Shown here: positions 49,270 through 60,672 of the stretch, piece after piece
How the letters are laid out: each line of letters begins with the position of its first letter
How positions within the stretch are numbered: position 1 is the stretch's first letter
Sequence record: NC_031934.1
Direction: 5' to 3' (one strand)
DNA from: Escherichia phage MX01
DNA: 64,000 nucleotides
Made by a program: the position numbers and the translations under genes
The notes under the pieces: model-generated
Seen by the model: only the letters and a program-made list of their open reading frames with translations
What the model was told of the DNA's origin: nothing
The model's database searches: none

Positions 49270-49892
49270 TACATCACCTTAAAGAACTCTTTAAGTCCCT
49301 CAATAACATGGACGGTATGTTCACCACATTCGCAGGAAATAGGTATGGCCAAAATAGGCTTAGGGGCGACTAGAGCATCATAAACTTCTTTTATGTCTTT
49401 TTCTGTTATCACAGAATAAAGGTCATCAAGTTCCGCATCGCTTAAATCGGAAAGAAAAAGCTTTTCGCCTGCAGAAGTTAAAATATAATCGATACACCCT
49501 GCGACCATCATAGCCCTATTTTTATCTTCAAAGAGTTTAGGATATCTGAAAACAATTTTAAAGTTGCCAAAGTCTTTAATAACATCAGGCTCTTTACCTA
49601 ATGTTGCGCGAGTTAGTGTCATAGGGACAACCTGTGAGCGACCGCAACTACAAACCCACTCACGTTCTATATTCACTTCAGCTAATGAATGGGCCCACAG
49701 GTTTATCACCAGGAGCTCAGATTCTTGCTTGTTTAAATCACGAGCATCTGTGCAATTGGAAATGAGTTCATTGATAAAGGACTCTATTCTGCCTTCTAAT
49801 TTAGCTTGGAGCAAGTCCTTATACTCTCTGAGGGTAAATGCTCTGCATTTTATGGTTTTGTTTTTAATTTTTACGTCAAAAGTATAATTCAT
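49269..49892 (-). CDS. 26: gp26 baseplate hub subunit
   Basis: 207 aa; between 25 and 51; AAGGAGAAG RBS. Confidence 0.85.
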   Translation of the reverse strand: MNYTFDVKIKNKTIKCRAFTLREYKDLLQAKLEGRIESFINELISNCTDARDLNKQESELLVINLWAHSLAEVNIEREWVCSCGRSQVVPMTLTRATLGKEPDVIKDFGNFKIVFRYPKLFEDKNRAMMVAGCIDYILTSAGEKLFLSDLSDAELDDLYSVITEKDIKEVYDALVAPKPILAIPISCECGEHTVHVIEGLKEFFKVM

Positions 49893-49910
49893 TGTCTTCT
49901 CCTTTAAGCT

Positions 49911-49918
49911 TATTTATA
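49911..49918 (-). promoter_or_regulatory. late promoter TATAAATA for genes 26-25
   Basis: Plus-strand tatttata 19 nt from the gene 26 ATG; overlaps the plus-strand late promoter. Confidence 0.5.
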
Positions 49919-49922
49919 AATA
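49915..49922 (+). promoter_or_regulatory. late promoter TATAAATA for gene 51 and downstream hub genes
   Basis: TATTTATAAATA contains both orientations; 22 nt before ATG 49944. Confidence 0.5.
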
Positions 49923-49943
49923 CATCAATAAGAGGATACCCTT

Positions 49944-50696
49944 ATGGCTAATATAGTACGTTGTGAAATGCCTGACGGAGTCCACCGATTTAAACCTTTT
50001 ACAGTAGCTGATTATCGTGATTTTATTTTGATTCGAAATGACATGAATAATAAATCGCCTGAAGAGCAAAAACAAATTTTAGATGAGTTACTGGAAGAAT
50101 ACTTCGGTGAATATCCTATGTCATGGCGCCCGTATATGTTCATTGAACTTTACACGTCATCACTCGGCAAGACCAAAATTCCTATCCGATACACTTGCAG
50201 TAAGTGTGAAAAGGATAGACAAGTTTTATTCAATTTGAAACAGACCAAGTTAGATAATCCCACAATTGAAGTGGCAGGCTTGAAGCTAACATTCAAATTT
50301 CCGGAAATAGAATATCAAGACAAATCTGAATTGATTTTGAACACCCTCCAAACCGTAGAAGATGAAAACGGAAAATATAATTGGACTGACCTTTCTGAAG
50401 AAGACCAATTAGCGGTAATAGATGCTATAGACTTATCCACTTTAGAGGATATAGTCAAACAAACCAGCCCTATTAATTTCGAACTCAAATATGGATGCTG
50501 CAATCGTAGAACAATTGCGTATACCGATATTTTAGAGGTGTTTAAGCTTATAGTCAATCCAGATGAGATATTTTTATTTTACCAAATAAACCATTTATTG
50601 GTAAAGAACAATTATTCATTAGAAAGCATTATGCAGATGATTCCAATCGAACGCGGTATTGCTTTGTCTTTGGTTGAAAAGGACCTTAAGAAATGA
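49944..50696 (+). CDS. 51: gp51 baseplate hub assembly catalyst
   Basis: 250 aa; position between 26 and 27. Confidence 0.85.
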   Translation: MANIVRCEMPDGVHRFKPFTVADYRDFILIRNDMNNKSPEEQKQILDELLEEYFGEYPMSWRPYMFIELYTSSLGKTKIPIRYTCSKCEKDRQVLFNLKQTKLDNPTIEVAGLKLTFKFPEIEYQDKSELILNTLQTVEDENGKYNWTDLSEEDQLAVIDAIDLSTLEDIVKQTSPINFELKYGCCNRRTIAYTDILEVFKLIVNPDEIFLFYQINHLLVKNNYSLESIMQMIPIERGIALSLVEKDLKK

Positions 50697-51862
50697 GTTC
50701 AAAAACTATGCAGCGTGAAGGCTTTCCTAATATTAGTATACGCCTTTACGAAGATTATGACGCCTGGTTAGAGCATCGTTTTGTTGAACTAGGCGCGACA
50801 TTTACTACTCTAACAATGCGTGATGGACTTTATGGTAGTAATGAAGGATTGCTTCAGTTTTATGATGCAAAGAACCTTCATACTAAAATGGATGGCGAAC
50901 AGATTATTCAAATTTCTGTTAAGAACGCTAACTCCGAGCGTACCCAGTCAAGAATTTATGGAAGCAAACACTTTGCTGTAGGAGTGGATTCGAAGGGCGA
51001 CAATATCATAACAATACAACTCGCCCCAATCCACTTTTTAGAGAATCTTAAATTTAGTCGTATGTTCTTCCCCAGTGTTCAAGAAACATTAACTGAAATG
51101 ATTGGTGTTATTTATCAAGACCGTCCACTTCTTGCACCCCCATTGAACGGGATAAACGTTTATGTTCCTAATGTTCCTTGGTGTGATTCAATGGACCGTT
51201 ATATGGAATTTGTACGGGAAGTAGGTATGGCCGTTGAATCTGATAAATTTGTATTTGTATGGGAAGATATAGATGGTATTTCTATCATGGACTACGAATT
51301 TATGGTTAATCAAGAGCCAATTAATTTTGTGGTAGGTGAGCCTCGTTTAATAGGCCAATACGTCCAAGATATGGACACTCCTATCGCATTTGATTTTGAA
51401 TGGTTAACTAAAGCCAACCAACATTCCAGAAAACCATATGAAAACGCTACTGTATACGCCCACTCTTTCTTAGACAAAAACGCCACACGAATTACTTTTG
51501 GTGACGGGCAAAACAGTATATTGGTTTCTCGCTCCGGTGGATATTCTGATTATACCTACCGAAACGGTTTTGAAGAAGCCGATAGATTAGTTACTATGGC
51601 CCAATACGATGGATACGCTCATTGTAAGGTATATGGTAACTTTGAACTAACTCCAGGCGATAAGATTAATTTCTATGACCCTAAAAACCAATTCCAGTAC
51701 GATTTTTATGTAGACGAAGTTATTCATGAAGTGAGTAACAATACATCAATTACAAACCTTTATATGTTTACTAATGGTAAGCCTATTAAGATTGAAGAAC
51801 CGCCGAAGGTTAAAAATGAACTTAAAACTGATACTCCCGATCAAGAAAATAACGCTGGGTGA
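50693..51862 (+). CDS. 27: gp27 baseplate hub subunit
   Basis: 389 aa; position and size as T4 gp27. Confidence 0.9.
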   Translation: MSSKTMQREGFPNISIRLYEDYDAWLEHRFVELGATFTTLTMRDGLYGSNEGLLQFYDAKNLHTKMDGEQIIQISVKNANSERTQSRIYGSKHFAVGVDSKGDNIITIQLAPIHFLENLKFSRMFFPSVQETLTEMIGVIYQDRPLLAPPLNGINVYVPNVPWCDSMDRYMEFVREVGMAVESDKFVFVWEDIDGISIMDYEFMVNQEPINFVVGEPRLIGQYVQDMDTPIAFDFEWLTKANQHSRKPYENATVYAHSFLDKNATRITFGDGQNSILVSRSGGYSDYTYRNGFEEADRLVTMAQYDGYAHCKVYGNFELTPGDKINFYDPKNQFQYDFYVDEVIHEVSNNTSITNLYMFTNGKPIKIEEPPKVKNELKTDTPDQENNAG

Positions 51863-52343
51863 CAAAGAGATTTCCATTCCTAAATTGGGTCTTAAACACC
51901 AGAAATTGGTTAAAGATGAAAAGGACCCTTACAAGGCCCTCTATATGACAATGGAATCCATTTGTAAAGGACTGTCTGCAGCAGAAACAGATTTTGCTGC
52001 TTTACACCTTTTAGAATTCAACGGACGATTAAAAGAAAAAGTAACTAAAGATGGATTCACATATAATTTAAATGACCTTTATATTTGCCAACGACTTGAA
52101 TTCCAGTTCCAAGGTAAGACATTTAAATTTAAATCACACGAACCATTTCAAACATTTGGTCCTGTTGATAGTGTACTACAATCTCTTTATCTTGGTGATG
52201 ATGTACCAGATTTTCTGGATATGCCTGCCTTTGTTGCTACATGGGCCGACGATATAACTTCTACTGTAGCTATCCCTGGTCCTAATGGTCCTATCAAAGG
52301 ATTGCTTAAAATCATGGATATCTTAAATGAAGAACGAATCTAA
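51816..52343 (+). CDS. 28: gp28 baseplate hub distal subunit
   Basis: Track ORF starts at 51774 (non-ATG); ATG 51816 gives 175 aa, close to T4 gp28. Confidence 0.8.
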   Translation: MNLKLILPIKKITLGDKEISIPKLGLKHQKLVKDEKDPYKALYMTMESICKGLSAAETDFAALHLLEFNGRLKEKVTKDGFTYNLNDLYICQRLEFQFQGKTFKFKSHEPFQTFGPVDSVLQSLYLGDDVPDFLDMPAFVATWADDITSTVAIPGPNGPIKGLLKIMDILNEERI

Positions 52344-54063
52344 TCAGAATAGTTTTCGTCGCAATAAACTGATTGAAGAAATGGCTCCTCAGCGTCGTGC
52401 CGAGGCGCTAGCCCAAACTCAGAACGACGAATTAGGAAATATATCAGATGTTTTATCCGATTCCCAGGCGGCGTCTGAATTGCTCTCTGAAGTTGTTGAG
52501 ACAAAGTCTAACCAGATTATTAATTCTGTAGACCGAGTAGACAAAAGCGTCCAAGATGTTGTCGCTGGAACAGAATTAACGGCCGAAGCCATATCAGAAC
52601 AAACCCAACAGTCTAAAGCTCTTTCGGATGCATTAAACGAAAAGATTAATAAGCTTTCTAATATGTTGGAGGCTAAATTTTCTGGTATTTCTATTCCACC
52701 GGAAGGGAGCTCATTAAAGGTTATTGAAGACTCTATTCCTGAAGAACCTAAGGCCGAAACTCCTAAAGTTCCAGCCGTTATTGAAGATGTTCTTCCACCT
52801 GAAGATAATAAACCTGACGCTGAATTTATGCCGGAGCCTCCTAAAAATTCAGATGAAGGTAAAGAAGGTGATAAGACTTCTCTTTCTGGTAAAATTGAAG
52901 CCCTTACTAAAATAACTGAAAAGGGATTTAAAGCTTCTATAGGCGTCGCTGATAGAATTTCAGGCATGCTTTTTAAGTATACCATTACCGCCGCCGCTGA
53001 AGCTGCTAAACTCGCTGCAGGTTTGGTCCTTTTAATATTTGGTATAGATGCCATTCGTGTATACTTCCAATATTTCATGGACCAATTTGAGTCAGGGTGG
53101 AAAGAATTTAACGATAAGTTTAAAGAGTGGGGACCATTACTTGAAGGGTTAATGACATGGGCCAAGAATGCTGAAGCCATGTTTAGTGAAGGGAACTGGT
53201 TAGGTCTGGCCGAAGCTATTATTCGTGGTATGGTCAATCTTACTAAAAATATGGCACAGCTTTTAATGCTTGGTATTTCTAAGTTAATTTCTGCTATTTT
53301 AAGTAAAATACCTGGTATGGGTGATTTGGCTGAAAACGTAGAGGCTTCCGCTTTAATGTCATATCAACAAAATACTGGAGCTACTTTAGATGACGAGGAC
53401 CAAACTAAGATAGCCAAGTACCATGATAGACGTTCTGCCGAGGCTTTAGAAACAGCCGAGAAAATGAATAAGAAGTATAAGGATAAACCTGAGCTTATAA
53501 ACCGGGCAGAGAAATACGGCAATCTTACTAAAGAGCAAGCCGACCAATTACGCGCAGGTGGAATTGACACAAGCTTCCGTGACCTCCCTGAAGAAGAACG
53601 TTTAGAGTATTTCAAGAAACGTGATAAGACCCAAGCTGATATTATTCGTTTGACTCAAACTGCTGATAATATAATGAAGCCTGATTCTAAAGATATCGAA
53701 AATGCTAAAGCATTTAAAGCTGATATCGAGAAACAATTAGCCGACCCTATTATGGCTAAAGGTGGAGCACCGAAGGACCTTAATATCCAACAATTACTTG
53801 ATAAGATGAATAAATCTTTAGAGAAATTTAACGAAGCTGAAAAGCCTAAACCTGCTTCTGTAGCGGAATCTCCTGAAAATACCCAGGTTAAAAAGGTTGA
53901 TGAGCAAATGAGAGCAAAGGAAAATGCTAAATATAGTCAGCAAGCTCCAACTCAAATAAATCAGCAAACGAATATCAAGAAAACGAGTAAGACTAGTTAT
54001 AATTTACCGCCACAGTCTTCTACTCCTGCTCCTGGTATGCGTCAAGCTACTAAAGTTAATTAG
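52327..54063 (+). CDS. 29: gp29 baseplate hub subunit / tail length determinator
   Basis: 578 aa; position between 28 and 48. Confidence 0.85.
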   Translation: MKNESNQNSFRRNKLIEEMAPQRRAEALAQTQNDELGNISDVLSDSQAASELLSEVVETKSNQIINSVDRVDKSVQDVVAGTELTAEAISEQTQQSKALSDALNEKINKLSNMLEAKFSGISIPPEGSSLKVIEDSIPEEPKAETPKVPAVIEDVLPPEDNKPDAEFMPEPPKNSDEGKEGDKTSLSGKIEALTKITEKGFKASIGVADRISGMLFKYTITAAAEAAKLAAGLVLLIFGIDAIRVYFQYFMDQFESGWKEFNDKFKEWGPLLEGLMTWAKNAEAMFSEGNWLGLAEAIIRGMVNLTKNMAQLLMLGISKLISAILSKIPGMGDLAENVEASALMSYQQNTGATLDDEDQTKIAKYHDRRSAEALETAEKMNKKYKDKPELINRAEKYGNLTKEQADQLRAGGIDTSFRDLPEEERLEYFKKRDKTQADIIRLTQTADNIMKPDSKDIENAKAFKADIEKQLADPIMAKGGAPKDLNIQQLLDKMNKSLEKFNEAEKPKPASVAESPENTQVKKVDEQMRAKENAKYSQQAPTQINQQTNIKKTSKTSYNLPPQSSTPAPGMRQATKVN

Positions 54064-54071
54064 GACTAATA

Positions 54072-55160
54072 ATGAAAGCAAAAGAAATTGACATTGATGT
54101 AGCCTCCTTGTTTAAAGGAGGTTCAAAAATCTCCGCGGGTCAATCTAAAACACAAGCAATACAAACCACGGTAACCGCTCAGTATCCTGCTGAGCGGGCA
54201 TCAGGTAATGACACGTCAACAGACATGGTATTAAACGACCTCTATAAAAACGGATTGCTTTTTACCGCATATAATTTTAGCTCTCGTGTATCTCCTGATT
54301 TGCGTAATGACCGATCAAGCCAAATGACTAAAAAGTTTTCAAAGGCCGCTAGTAAACTTACCGGTAATACCGGAGGATTCAGTGCAGTTAAAAACTTGTT
54401 TAGTAATAACTCTAAGGGAGTTAAATTTGACAGCCAAGCTTTGGCAAATATTTTACTCCCACGTTCTAAATCTGATGTGGATTCAGTGTCGCATAAATTT
54501 AACGATGTGGGCGAATCATTGATTACTAAAGGTGGTGGTACTGCTACAGGTATTTTGAGTAACGTGGCAAGTACTGCGGTATTTGGTGCATTGGAATCCG
54601 TGACTAATGGCGTTATGGCAGATTCAGGTGAACAAATATACACCACTGCCCGTAGTATGTACGCTGGCCCGGATAACCGTACTAAGGTATTTACCTGGGA
54701 AATGACCCCACGAAACGCTCAAGACCTTATCCAGATTATTAAAATATATGAAATCTTTAACTATTATTCTTATGGCGAAACAGGCAATTCGGCCTTCGCA
54801 GGCGAATTAAAAGAGAAGATTGATACCTGGTATCGTTCTACGTTTAAAAAAGAAGCTATTGACAAGTTTGACGGTAAGCTATTAGGGGAAAGTATTACAA
54901 GCTTCCTTTCTAATGTTATTGTGGTAAGTAACCCGACCATTTGGTATATCCGAAACTTTGGCGATAGCAGTTCATATGACGGCCGTGAAGATATTTTTGG
55001 CCCATGCCAAATCCAAAGTATACGATTTGATAAAACTCCGGATGGGCATTTTAACGGATTGGCTATTGCTCCTAACTTACCATCTACATTTAGTTTAGAA
55101 GTTACTTTCCGTGAAATTATTACTCTGAACCGTGGCTCACTTTATACGGAAGGATTCTAA
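54072..55160 (+). CDS. 48: gp48 baseplate tail tube cap
   Basis: 362 aa; position and size as T4 gp48. Confidence 0.9.
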   Translation: MKAKEIDIDVASLFKGGSKISAGQSKTQAIQTTVTAQYPAERASGNDTSTDMVLNDLYKNGLLFTAYNFSSRVSPDLRNDRSSQMTKKFSKAASKLTGNTGGFSAVKNLFSNNSKGVKFDSQALANILLPRSKSDVDSVSHKFNDVGESLITKGGGTATGILSNVASTAVFGALESVTNGVMADSGEQIYTTARSMYAGPDNRTKVFTWEMTPRNAQDLIQIIKIYEIFNYYSYGETGNSAFAGELKEKIDTWYRSTFKKEAIDKFDGKLLGESITSFLSNVIVVSNPTIWYIRNFGDSSSYDGREDIFGPCQIQSIRFDKTPDGHFNGLAIAPNLPSTFSLEVTFREIITLNRGSLYTEGF

Positions 55161-56113
55161 TGTATACTTTACAAGAATTTCAGAACCAGGCAATTAATAT
55201 TGACCTGCAGAGGAATAACCTGTTTAGTGTGGTATTTGCTACAGTTCCTTCTTCTAAATCTCAAGCGCTCCTCGACCAGTTCGGTGGAGCCTTATTTAAC
55301 AACATTCCATTGAATACCGATTTGTTTGGTATTACACAAGGAGAGTTGACCCAAGGTGTTACGACATTAGTGACAGCGGGCACTCAGAAGCTCATTCGTA
55401 AGTCAGGCATAAGTAAATATCTGATTGGAGCTATGTCATCCAGGGTTGTGCAGAGCTTACTAGGAGAGTTTGAAGTAGGCACCTATCTAATGGACTTTTT
55501 CAATATGGCTTATCCTACTGCTGGCCTTTTAGTCCATGCTGTTAAAATCCCGGATAATACTTTGAATTATGAAATGGATTTGAACCACAACTCGCCTAAT
55601 ATCAAAATTACCGGAAGAGAATATTCTCCGTTGGTATTAAGCTTCCGTATGGATTCTGAAGCTGCTAACTACCGTGCTTTTAATGATTGGGTCAATAGTG
55701 TCCAAGACCCAATCACACAGTTAAGAGCCTTACCTGAGGATGTTGAAGCCGACATTCAAGTCAACCTTCATTCTCGTAATGGATTACCACATACTGTAGT
55801 AATGCTTAACGGGTGTGTTCCTGTTAGTGTTTCATCGCCTGAATTATCTTATGACGGTGATAACCAAATTGCTTCGTTTGATGTTACATTTGCCTATAGA
55901 AGTGTGCAGACGGGTGCAGTGGGTAAACAGGCCGCTTATGAGTGGTTAGAAGATAAGATTATTAAAGGTATGGCTGGGATAAGTGAGAGTAATTCACTGA
56001 GTTCTTCAGTAGCTAAATTAAGCCGACTTTCAGGAGCTTCTAGTGGATTGACTGGATTGGTTAATACATTTGGTGGGCGTGCTATTAATAACGGAATATC
56101 GAGGTTGTTATAA
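55160..56113 (+). CDS. 54: gp54 baseplate tail tube initiator
   Basis: 317 aa; position and size as T4 gp54. Confidence 0.9.
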   Translation: MYTLQEFQNQAINIDLQRNNLFSVVFATVPSSKSQALLDQFGGALFNNIPLNTDLFGITQGELTQGVTTLVTAGTQKLIRKSGISKYLIGAMSSRVVQSLLGEFEVGTYLMDFFNMAYPTAGLLVHAVKIPDNTLNYEMDLNHNSPNIKITGREYSPLVLSFRMDSEAANYRAFNDWVNSVQDPITQLRALPEDVEADIQVNLHSRNGLPHTVVMLNGCVPVSVSSPELSYDGDNQIASFDVTFAYRSVQTGAVGKQAAYEWLEDKIIKGMAGISESNSLSSSVAKLSRLSGASSGLTGLVNTFGGRAINNGISRLL

Positions 56114-56120
56114 CAAAAAA

Positions 56121-56146
56121 GGAGAGCATATGCTCTCCTTTAGGGG
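56121..56146. terminator. bidirectional intrinsic terminator after gene 54
   Basis: aaaaaaGGAGAGCA-TA-TGCTCTCC-TTTAGGGGGTTT. Confidence 0.65.
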
Positions 56147-56148
56147 GT

Positions 56149-56439
56149 TTATTTACGGAACGAAATGAAACCTGCTGCAGTCATTAATGGTTGCTTTTTA
56201 ACAAACACTGTGACTGAAATAGGAGCTTCAGATTCAAGCTGACCAGTCACTACACCATTAAAGATATTTTCAGTTTGTTCTGGATGAGAAAAATTCTCAA
56301 CAGGTCGGATATCAAACTGTTTGTCTTCACCGAAAACTCGACGTAATTCATTACCTACGGCACTGTCAAACACTTCAGAAGCAGGGATAACGTTTTCAAC
56401 TACCAGTTCTTGACCATTAAAACGGAATGCAGATTTCAT
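56149..56439 (-). CDS. hypothetical protein
   Basis: 96 aa; ATG 56437-56439 with GAGGAGAAC RBS in the conserved leader. Confidence 0.5.
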   Translation of the reverse strand: MKSAFRFNGQELVVENVIPASEVFDSAVGNELRRVFGEDKQFDIRPVENFSHPEQTENIFNGVVTGQLESEAPISVTVFVKKQPLMTAAGFISFRK

Positions 56440-56467
56440 AATGTTCTCCTCATGTTTGTGTAAGGTA

Positions 56468-56497
56468 ATAGTACCACATCCTTGTGGTGTTGTAAAC
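56468..56497 (-). promoter_or_regulatory. early-type promoter GTTTACA-N18-TGgTACTAT with conserved leader
   Basis: Minus-strand reading GTTTACAACACCACAAGGATGTGGTACTATTACCTTACACAAACATGAGGAGAAC; -35 overlaps the stop of the upstream alt paralog. Confidence 0.45.
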
Positions 56498-58620
56498 TAC
56501 ATTTTGAATTTATTTGATAAAGAAGAGATGTCCAAAGATGCAGCAAGGATTTCCATAGCTTCGTTGCTTTCAGAAACGGATTCATTAACCAAGAATTGAC
56601 TGAATCCATCCATCAGGCGAACTTCACCAGTTTCCATCAAATGGTCACCATCGTAAACAGATTCGCTGAGCTCTGAAGGAGGTGTTACGGTAGCTTCCAT
56701 AAGGTATTTGTGAGATACTCTATCATTCATGGCAAAAGCTGCTACTTTATCAACCTTCAACAATAATCCACGCGGAAGGATAATTTCTGCTTCTTCGGCA
56801 TATTCTGTAAGGTCACCAGGAGCGATAACTTTAACTGCTTCAGCACCTCGAATAACCATACCAATTTCAGCAATTCTATCTGCAGGACCTTCAGGTGCAA
56901 TTGGATTACCAAACTCGTCTTCTTCCCATTCTACCTCTTCATCATCGACTTCACCCACATCAGATGAACTACCGCTAGCCAATTTAAACAACTCATCAGC
57001 GGAGGATAAAGAACCTTCACCACCAACAAAAACGGCTTGGTTGTCGAGGGCCATATAATTTTTACCAAATTCGCCAAAGATGTTAGGCTTTAATGAGGCT
57101 GACACAAAGTTCTTAAAGTAAAATGTTTTGTTATCGATATTATGACGCAGAATTTTGTATGGCAAATCCTGACCACGATACAAAATAGTACCCTTAGGAA
57201 GTTTAATACCCTTAGTAAATGCTGAGTCTAAATCCTTAATCAATTTAATAGCCGTTGTATTGTTTTCGGATTCAGGTTTACCTAAAAGGAACAAGTTCAT
57301 AGGAGCATATTCAGCTGCGCAATATTCAATAATAGCATTGCTTTCGTCTTTGGTTAGGCCCTTAGGTTTAATGAGCTCACCTGAATAAGCATATGCATCA
57401 CTAATAGAATCGTTAATTAGTTTATAAACGGCTTCCATAGCGAAAGCAATTCGGGATGCTTTCTCTGAAGGGGAGCCTTTAAAACGGGTACTCAGGTTAT
57501 TAACAATTTTCTTAATAATATCCAGACTATTGGTTGTATTGATTTGCGAAAGGCCACTTAAAAGTCTATCGACTTCTGTATTAAAAAATGCCATATTATT
57601 AGAGTAAATTTCAAACCCTTGTTTATCTCTATTAGCATAATTTAGTTTAAATTTACTATCAGTCATTAAAGCGTGTGTGAGAGCAATAGTGTATCTAAAG
57701 TTGGCAAGGTCCTCGCTCTTAGATTTAAACTGAGAAGCCTGGCGCATTTTGGTAATAGCACCTTTTTTAAAGTTCTGACTAATCTGTTCAATACCTTCGT
57801 TCTCAGGGCCTTCAGCCGTGTGAACCGGTACAGAAGCTTCAAACTCGTTATAAACCTGCAATTCTTTAGGGGACAAAGTTTCAGGCTCAGCAGTAGAATA
57901 CTGCGCCGCCGCTGCCATACGACGCGAAATCTTAGTACGAGTAATGACAGCCTTATCAGTACGTTTCTCTTCAACTTGTGCAATAGATGCCGCTACGGCT
58001 TCGACCTTACTTACGGCCTGGCCGGTTTTCTTAGAAACATACACTTCGCCAACTTTAGACTCAACTTTAGTATAAAGATCGGCATTAATTTCAGGCATAC
58101 CCTTGATATCTTCAATATTAGCACCACGACGTACTAAAAGAACGTAGGTATGTTTTCCGCTGAATTGGAACATGTCGTCAACAACTTTAAACTTACCACC
58201 GGTACGAGCCATAGCCAAGCGAGCTAATACGCGCTGAACGGTAGGACCTTTACCTTTCATTTTCTTAGTAGGGAAACGGAACAAAACCGCGTCCATTTTA
58301 AGTTTGTTTATTTGTTCATATATGGTATCGAAAATGGTGTTCAGTGTACCGAGTGGATCGGTACCCAAACCACCCTTGAGTTCTGCCGGAGCGCCTTTAG
58401 CAGATAAACTCATTAAGATAACATGGACGTACTTATCACCCGGCTTAACCATTTTAATAGCATCGCCTTCAGACGCGTATGAAACCATACGCGCTACTAA
58501 ATTGTCATTACCAGGAGCATGGACCGCAAAAATCTGCGGTACGCCCGAGCCAGGTTTAAGATTTGTTACTGGGTAATTTTTTTTATCGCTTTTATCAAAA
58601 ACTTCGTTTAAATTTTCCAT
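56497..58620 (-). CDS. alt: Alt-like ADP-ribosyltransferase paralog 3
   Basis: 707 aa; conserved N-terminal 230 aa; C-terminal R-S-ExE pattern (ILYRGQ, FYFKNFVSASL, EAEIILPRG). Confidence 0.8.
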   Translation of the reverse strand: MENLNEVFDKSDKKNYPVTNLKPGSGVPQIFAVHAPGNDNLVARMVSYASEGDAIKMVKPGDKYVHVILMSLSAKGAPAELKGGLGTDPLGTLNTIFDTIYEQINKLKMDAVLFRFPTKKMKGKGPTVQRVLARLAMARTGGKFKVVDDMFQFSGKHTYVLLVRRGANIEDIKGMPEINADLYTKVESKVGEVYVSKKTGQAVSKVEAVAASIAQVEEKRTDKAVITRTKISRRMAAAAQYSTAEPETLSPKELQVYNEFEASVPVHTAEGPENEGIEQISQNFKKGAITKMRQASQFKSKSEDLANFRYTIALTHALMTDSKFKLNYANRDKQGFEIYSNNMAFFNTEVDRLLSGLSQINTTNSLDIIKKIVNNLSTRFKGSPSEKASRIAFAMEAVYKLINDSISDAYAYSGELIKPKGLTKDESNAIIEYCAAEYAPMNLFLLGKPESENNTTAIKLIKDLDSAFTKGIKLPKGTILYRGQDLPYKILRHNIDNKTFYFKNFVSASLKPNIFGEFGKNYMALDNQAVFVGGEGSLSSADELFKLASGSSSDVGEVDDEEVEWEEDEFGNPIAPEGPADRIAEIGMVIRGAEAVKVIAPGDLTEYAEEAEIILPRGLLLKVDKVAAFAMNDRVSHKYLMEATVTPPSELSESVYDGDHLMETGEVRLMDGFSQFLVNESVSESNEAMEILAASLDISSLSNKFKM

Positions 58621-58623
58621 TAT

Positions 58624-60669
58624 TTACCCTTGGATGAATTTTTCTGGGATTTCGTCAAAATTAATACATGAAGCTAAAATAGGCATTATATCCACCTTGG
58701 TCGATTTGACAAATGAATCAAAAGACACAGGGTTGTCGGTCTCTGTTTCTACACCTTGGTAAACAACCAATTCGCCTGTTTCCATCAATGCATCGCCATC
58801 ATAGATAACCGCATTTTCTGCTAGTTGGTCTGTGGTCTGGATATCTGCTTCCAATAATTTGGTGTTGTAGTTTCCTTTATATGAGGCATCAGTAATTTTA
58901 GTAATCTTAACTGTAGTTCCACGTGGAAGAATAACCTCTTGTTCTGTTGGAGAACCTGACAATTCACCAGGCATAATTACGTTAATAGAGTCTGCACCAG
59001 AAATTTTCCAGCCGATGTTCATCATTGTATTTTCGGAACTCGTCAGCATACTTGGAAGAACAATTTCATTATCGCCTTGGAAAGATGTCCCAGCGCGATA
59101 GTCTTGATGTACTGCTGCCATTGCGACGTTTGATACCCAGCCGCCAAAGATAATTGGCTTAAGGGACGTTGATACATAGTTCCTGAAATAAAACAATTTT
59201 GAGTGTTTGATTTTATCAAAAGTGTTAACATTTAAATATTGCCCACGCCAAAGTGTAATATCAGGTGGCAATTTATGGCCAATTTCAAATGCCGCATCCA
59301 TATCGTTAATTACTTCAATTACACGCTGGCTATCAATGAATTCTGCATCCTCTTCATAATAATTACCCAACAAATAATTATTAACATCGGTATAATATTG
59401 GCCACAATAAGAAGAAATAGCCTCACGCTGCTCATACTCAAATCGATTATCGCTATAACCGGCTGTAAAATGCATAAGACTTTCTGATGCTTCATTAGCA
59501 AAGTCGGTAACAGCAGCACTTATACGTTGAGCATACTCTTGTTCCCAAAGCTCTGCTGCATATTCTGACGCATCCATATTAGGAGGGGCCTCATTCACTT
59601 TTCTTTCGATAAATGCAGCTTTGCGAAGGTTAAGAATCTCTGCACATGATTCGGCAAAAATCTGCATCTGCTTCATACTGCCAACAGGAGCACGTTTAAG
59701 TTCACGATGCATACGGTTAAAAATTGGGTCAGAGTCTTCGACTCGAATTTCTTCTTTCCAAACACCATTTGCTCGCATAGCCGTATCTGCCGCGCGCATA
59801 CGGTCCATAGTATTCGTTTCAGAAGGTCGAACAAAAATTTCTAGTTCTTCATAATCATCGATAAGTTCTGCCGTAGCCGGTCGACTAAACTTAGCAGCTT
59901 CTGCATCAATTTCGTCCCAACCTTCCGGAACTTCATCTCGAGGAGAATACTGGGCTGCGGCCACAGCACGCCTAGAAATCTTGGTAGTAGTAATAACAGC
60001 CTTATCCGTACGTTTTTCTTCGACTGCCGCTATACTAGCAGATAGTGCTTCTATTTTGGTTACTGATTGGCCGGTTTTCTTAGAAACATAAACCTCACCA
60101 ACTTTAGACTCAACCTTAGTGTAAAGGTCTGCATCAATTTCAGGCATACCTTTTATGTCCTCAATATTAGCTTGTTTACGAACCAGTAAAACGTATGTAT
60201 GTTTGCCTGTAAATTGATACATATCATCGACAACTTTAAACTTGCCGCCAGTACGAGCCATCGCCAAACGTGCCAATACACGTTGAACAGTAGGACCCTT
60301 ACCTTTCATTTTCTTGGTAGGGAAGCGGAAAAGAACTGCATCCATTTTAAGTTTATTTACCTGTTCATATACCGTATCGAAAATGGTATTCAATGTACCA
60401 AATGGGTCAGAACCTAACCCACCTTTCAACTCGGCTGGGGTACCCTTAGCAGACAAACTCATTAGAATAACGTGGACATATTTGTCGCCTGGCTTAACCA
60501 TTTTAATAGCGTCTCCTTGAGACGCATAAGATACCATACGAGCAACCAAGTTATCATTACCTGGTGCTTGGATAGAGAAAATCTGTGGAATACCGGAACC
60601 TGGTTTAAGATTTATTACTGGATAGTTTTTAGCGGAATCACTATCAAAAACTTCGTTTAAATTTTCCAT
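58624..60669 (-). CDS. alt: Alt-like ADP-ribosyltransferase paralog 2
   Basis: 681 aa; same N-terminal module; ITLWRGQ, FYFRNYVSTSL, EQEVILPRG. Confidence 0.8.
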   Translation of the reverse strand: MENLNEVFDSDSAKNYPVINLKPGSGIPQIFSIQAPGNDNLVARMVSYASQGDAIKMVKPGDKYVHVILMSLSAKGTPAELKGGLGSDPFGTLNTIFDTVYEQVNKLKMDAVLFRFPTKKMKGKGPTVQRVLARLAMARTGGKFKVVDDMYQFTGKHTYVLLVRKQANIEDIKGMPEIDADLYTKVESKVGEVYVSKKTGQSVTKIEALSASIAAVEEKRTDKAVITTTKISRRAVAAAQYSPRDEVPEGWDEIDAEAAKFSRPATAELIDDYEELEIFVRPSETNTMDRMRAADTAMRANGVWKEEIRVEDSDPIFNRMHRELKRAPVGSMKQMQIFAESCAEILNLRKAAFIERKVNEAPPNMDASEYAAELWEQEYAQRISAAVTDFANEASESLMHFTAGYSDNRFEYEQREAISSYCGQYYTDVNNYLLGNYYEEDAEFIDSQRVIEVINDMDAAFEIGHKLPPDITLWRGQYLNVNTFDKIKHSKLFYFRNYVSTSLKPIIFGGWVSNVAMAAVHQDYRAGTSFQGDNEIVLPSMLTSSENTMMNIGWKISGADSINVIMPGELSGSPTEQEVILPRGTTVKITKITDASYKGNYNTKLLEADIQTTDQLAENAVIYDGDALMETGELVVYQGVETETDNPVSFDSFVKSTKVDIMPILASCINFDEIPEKFIQG

Positions 60670-60672
60670 TAT

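Noticed and set aside
52419-53237. 272-aa minus-strand ORF
   Set aside because: Antisense within gp29; low-complexity Ser/Ala-rich translation.
58304-60520. Plus-strand ORFs 58304-58576 and 60314-60520 with near-identical translations
   Set aside because: Antisense shadows of the duplicated 5' regions of the alt paralogs; their similarity reflects the alt repeat, not a separate gene family.
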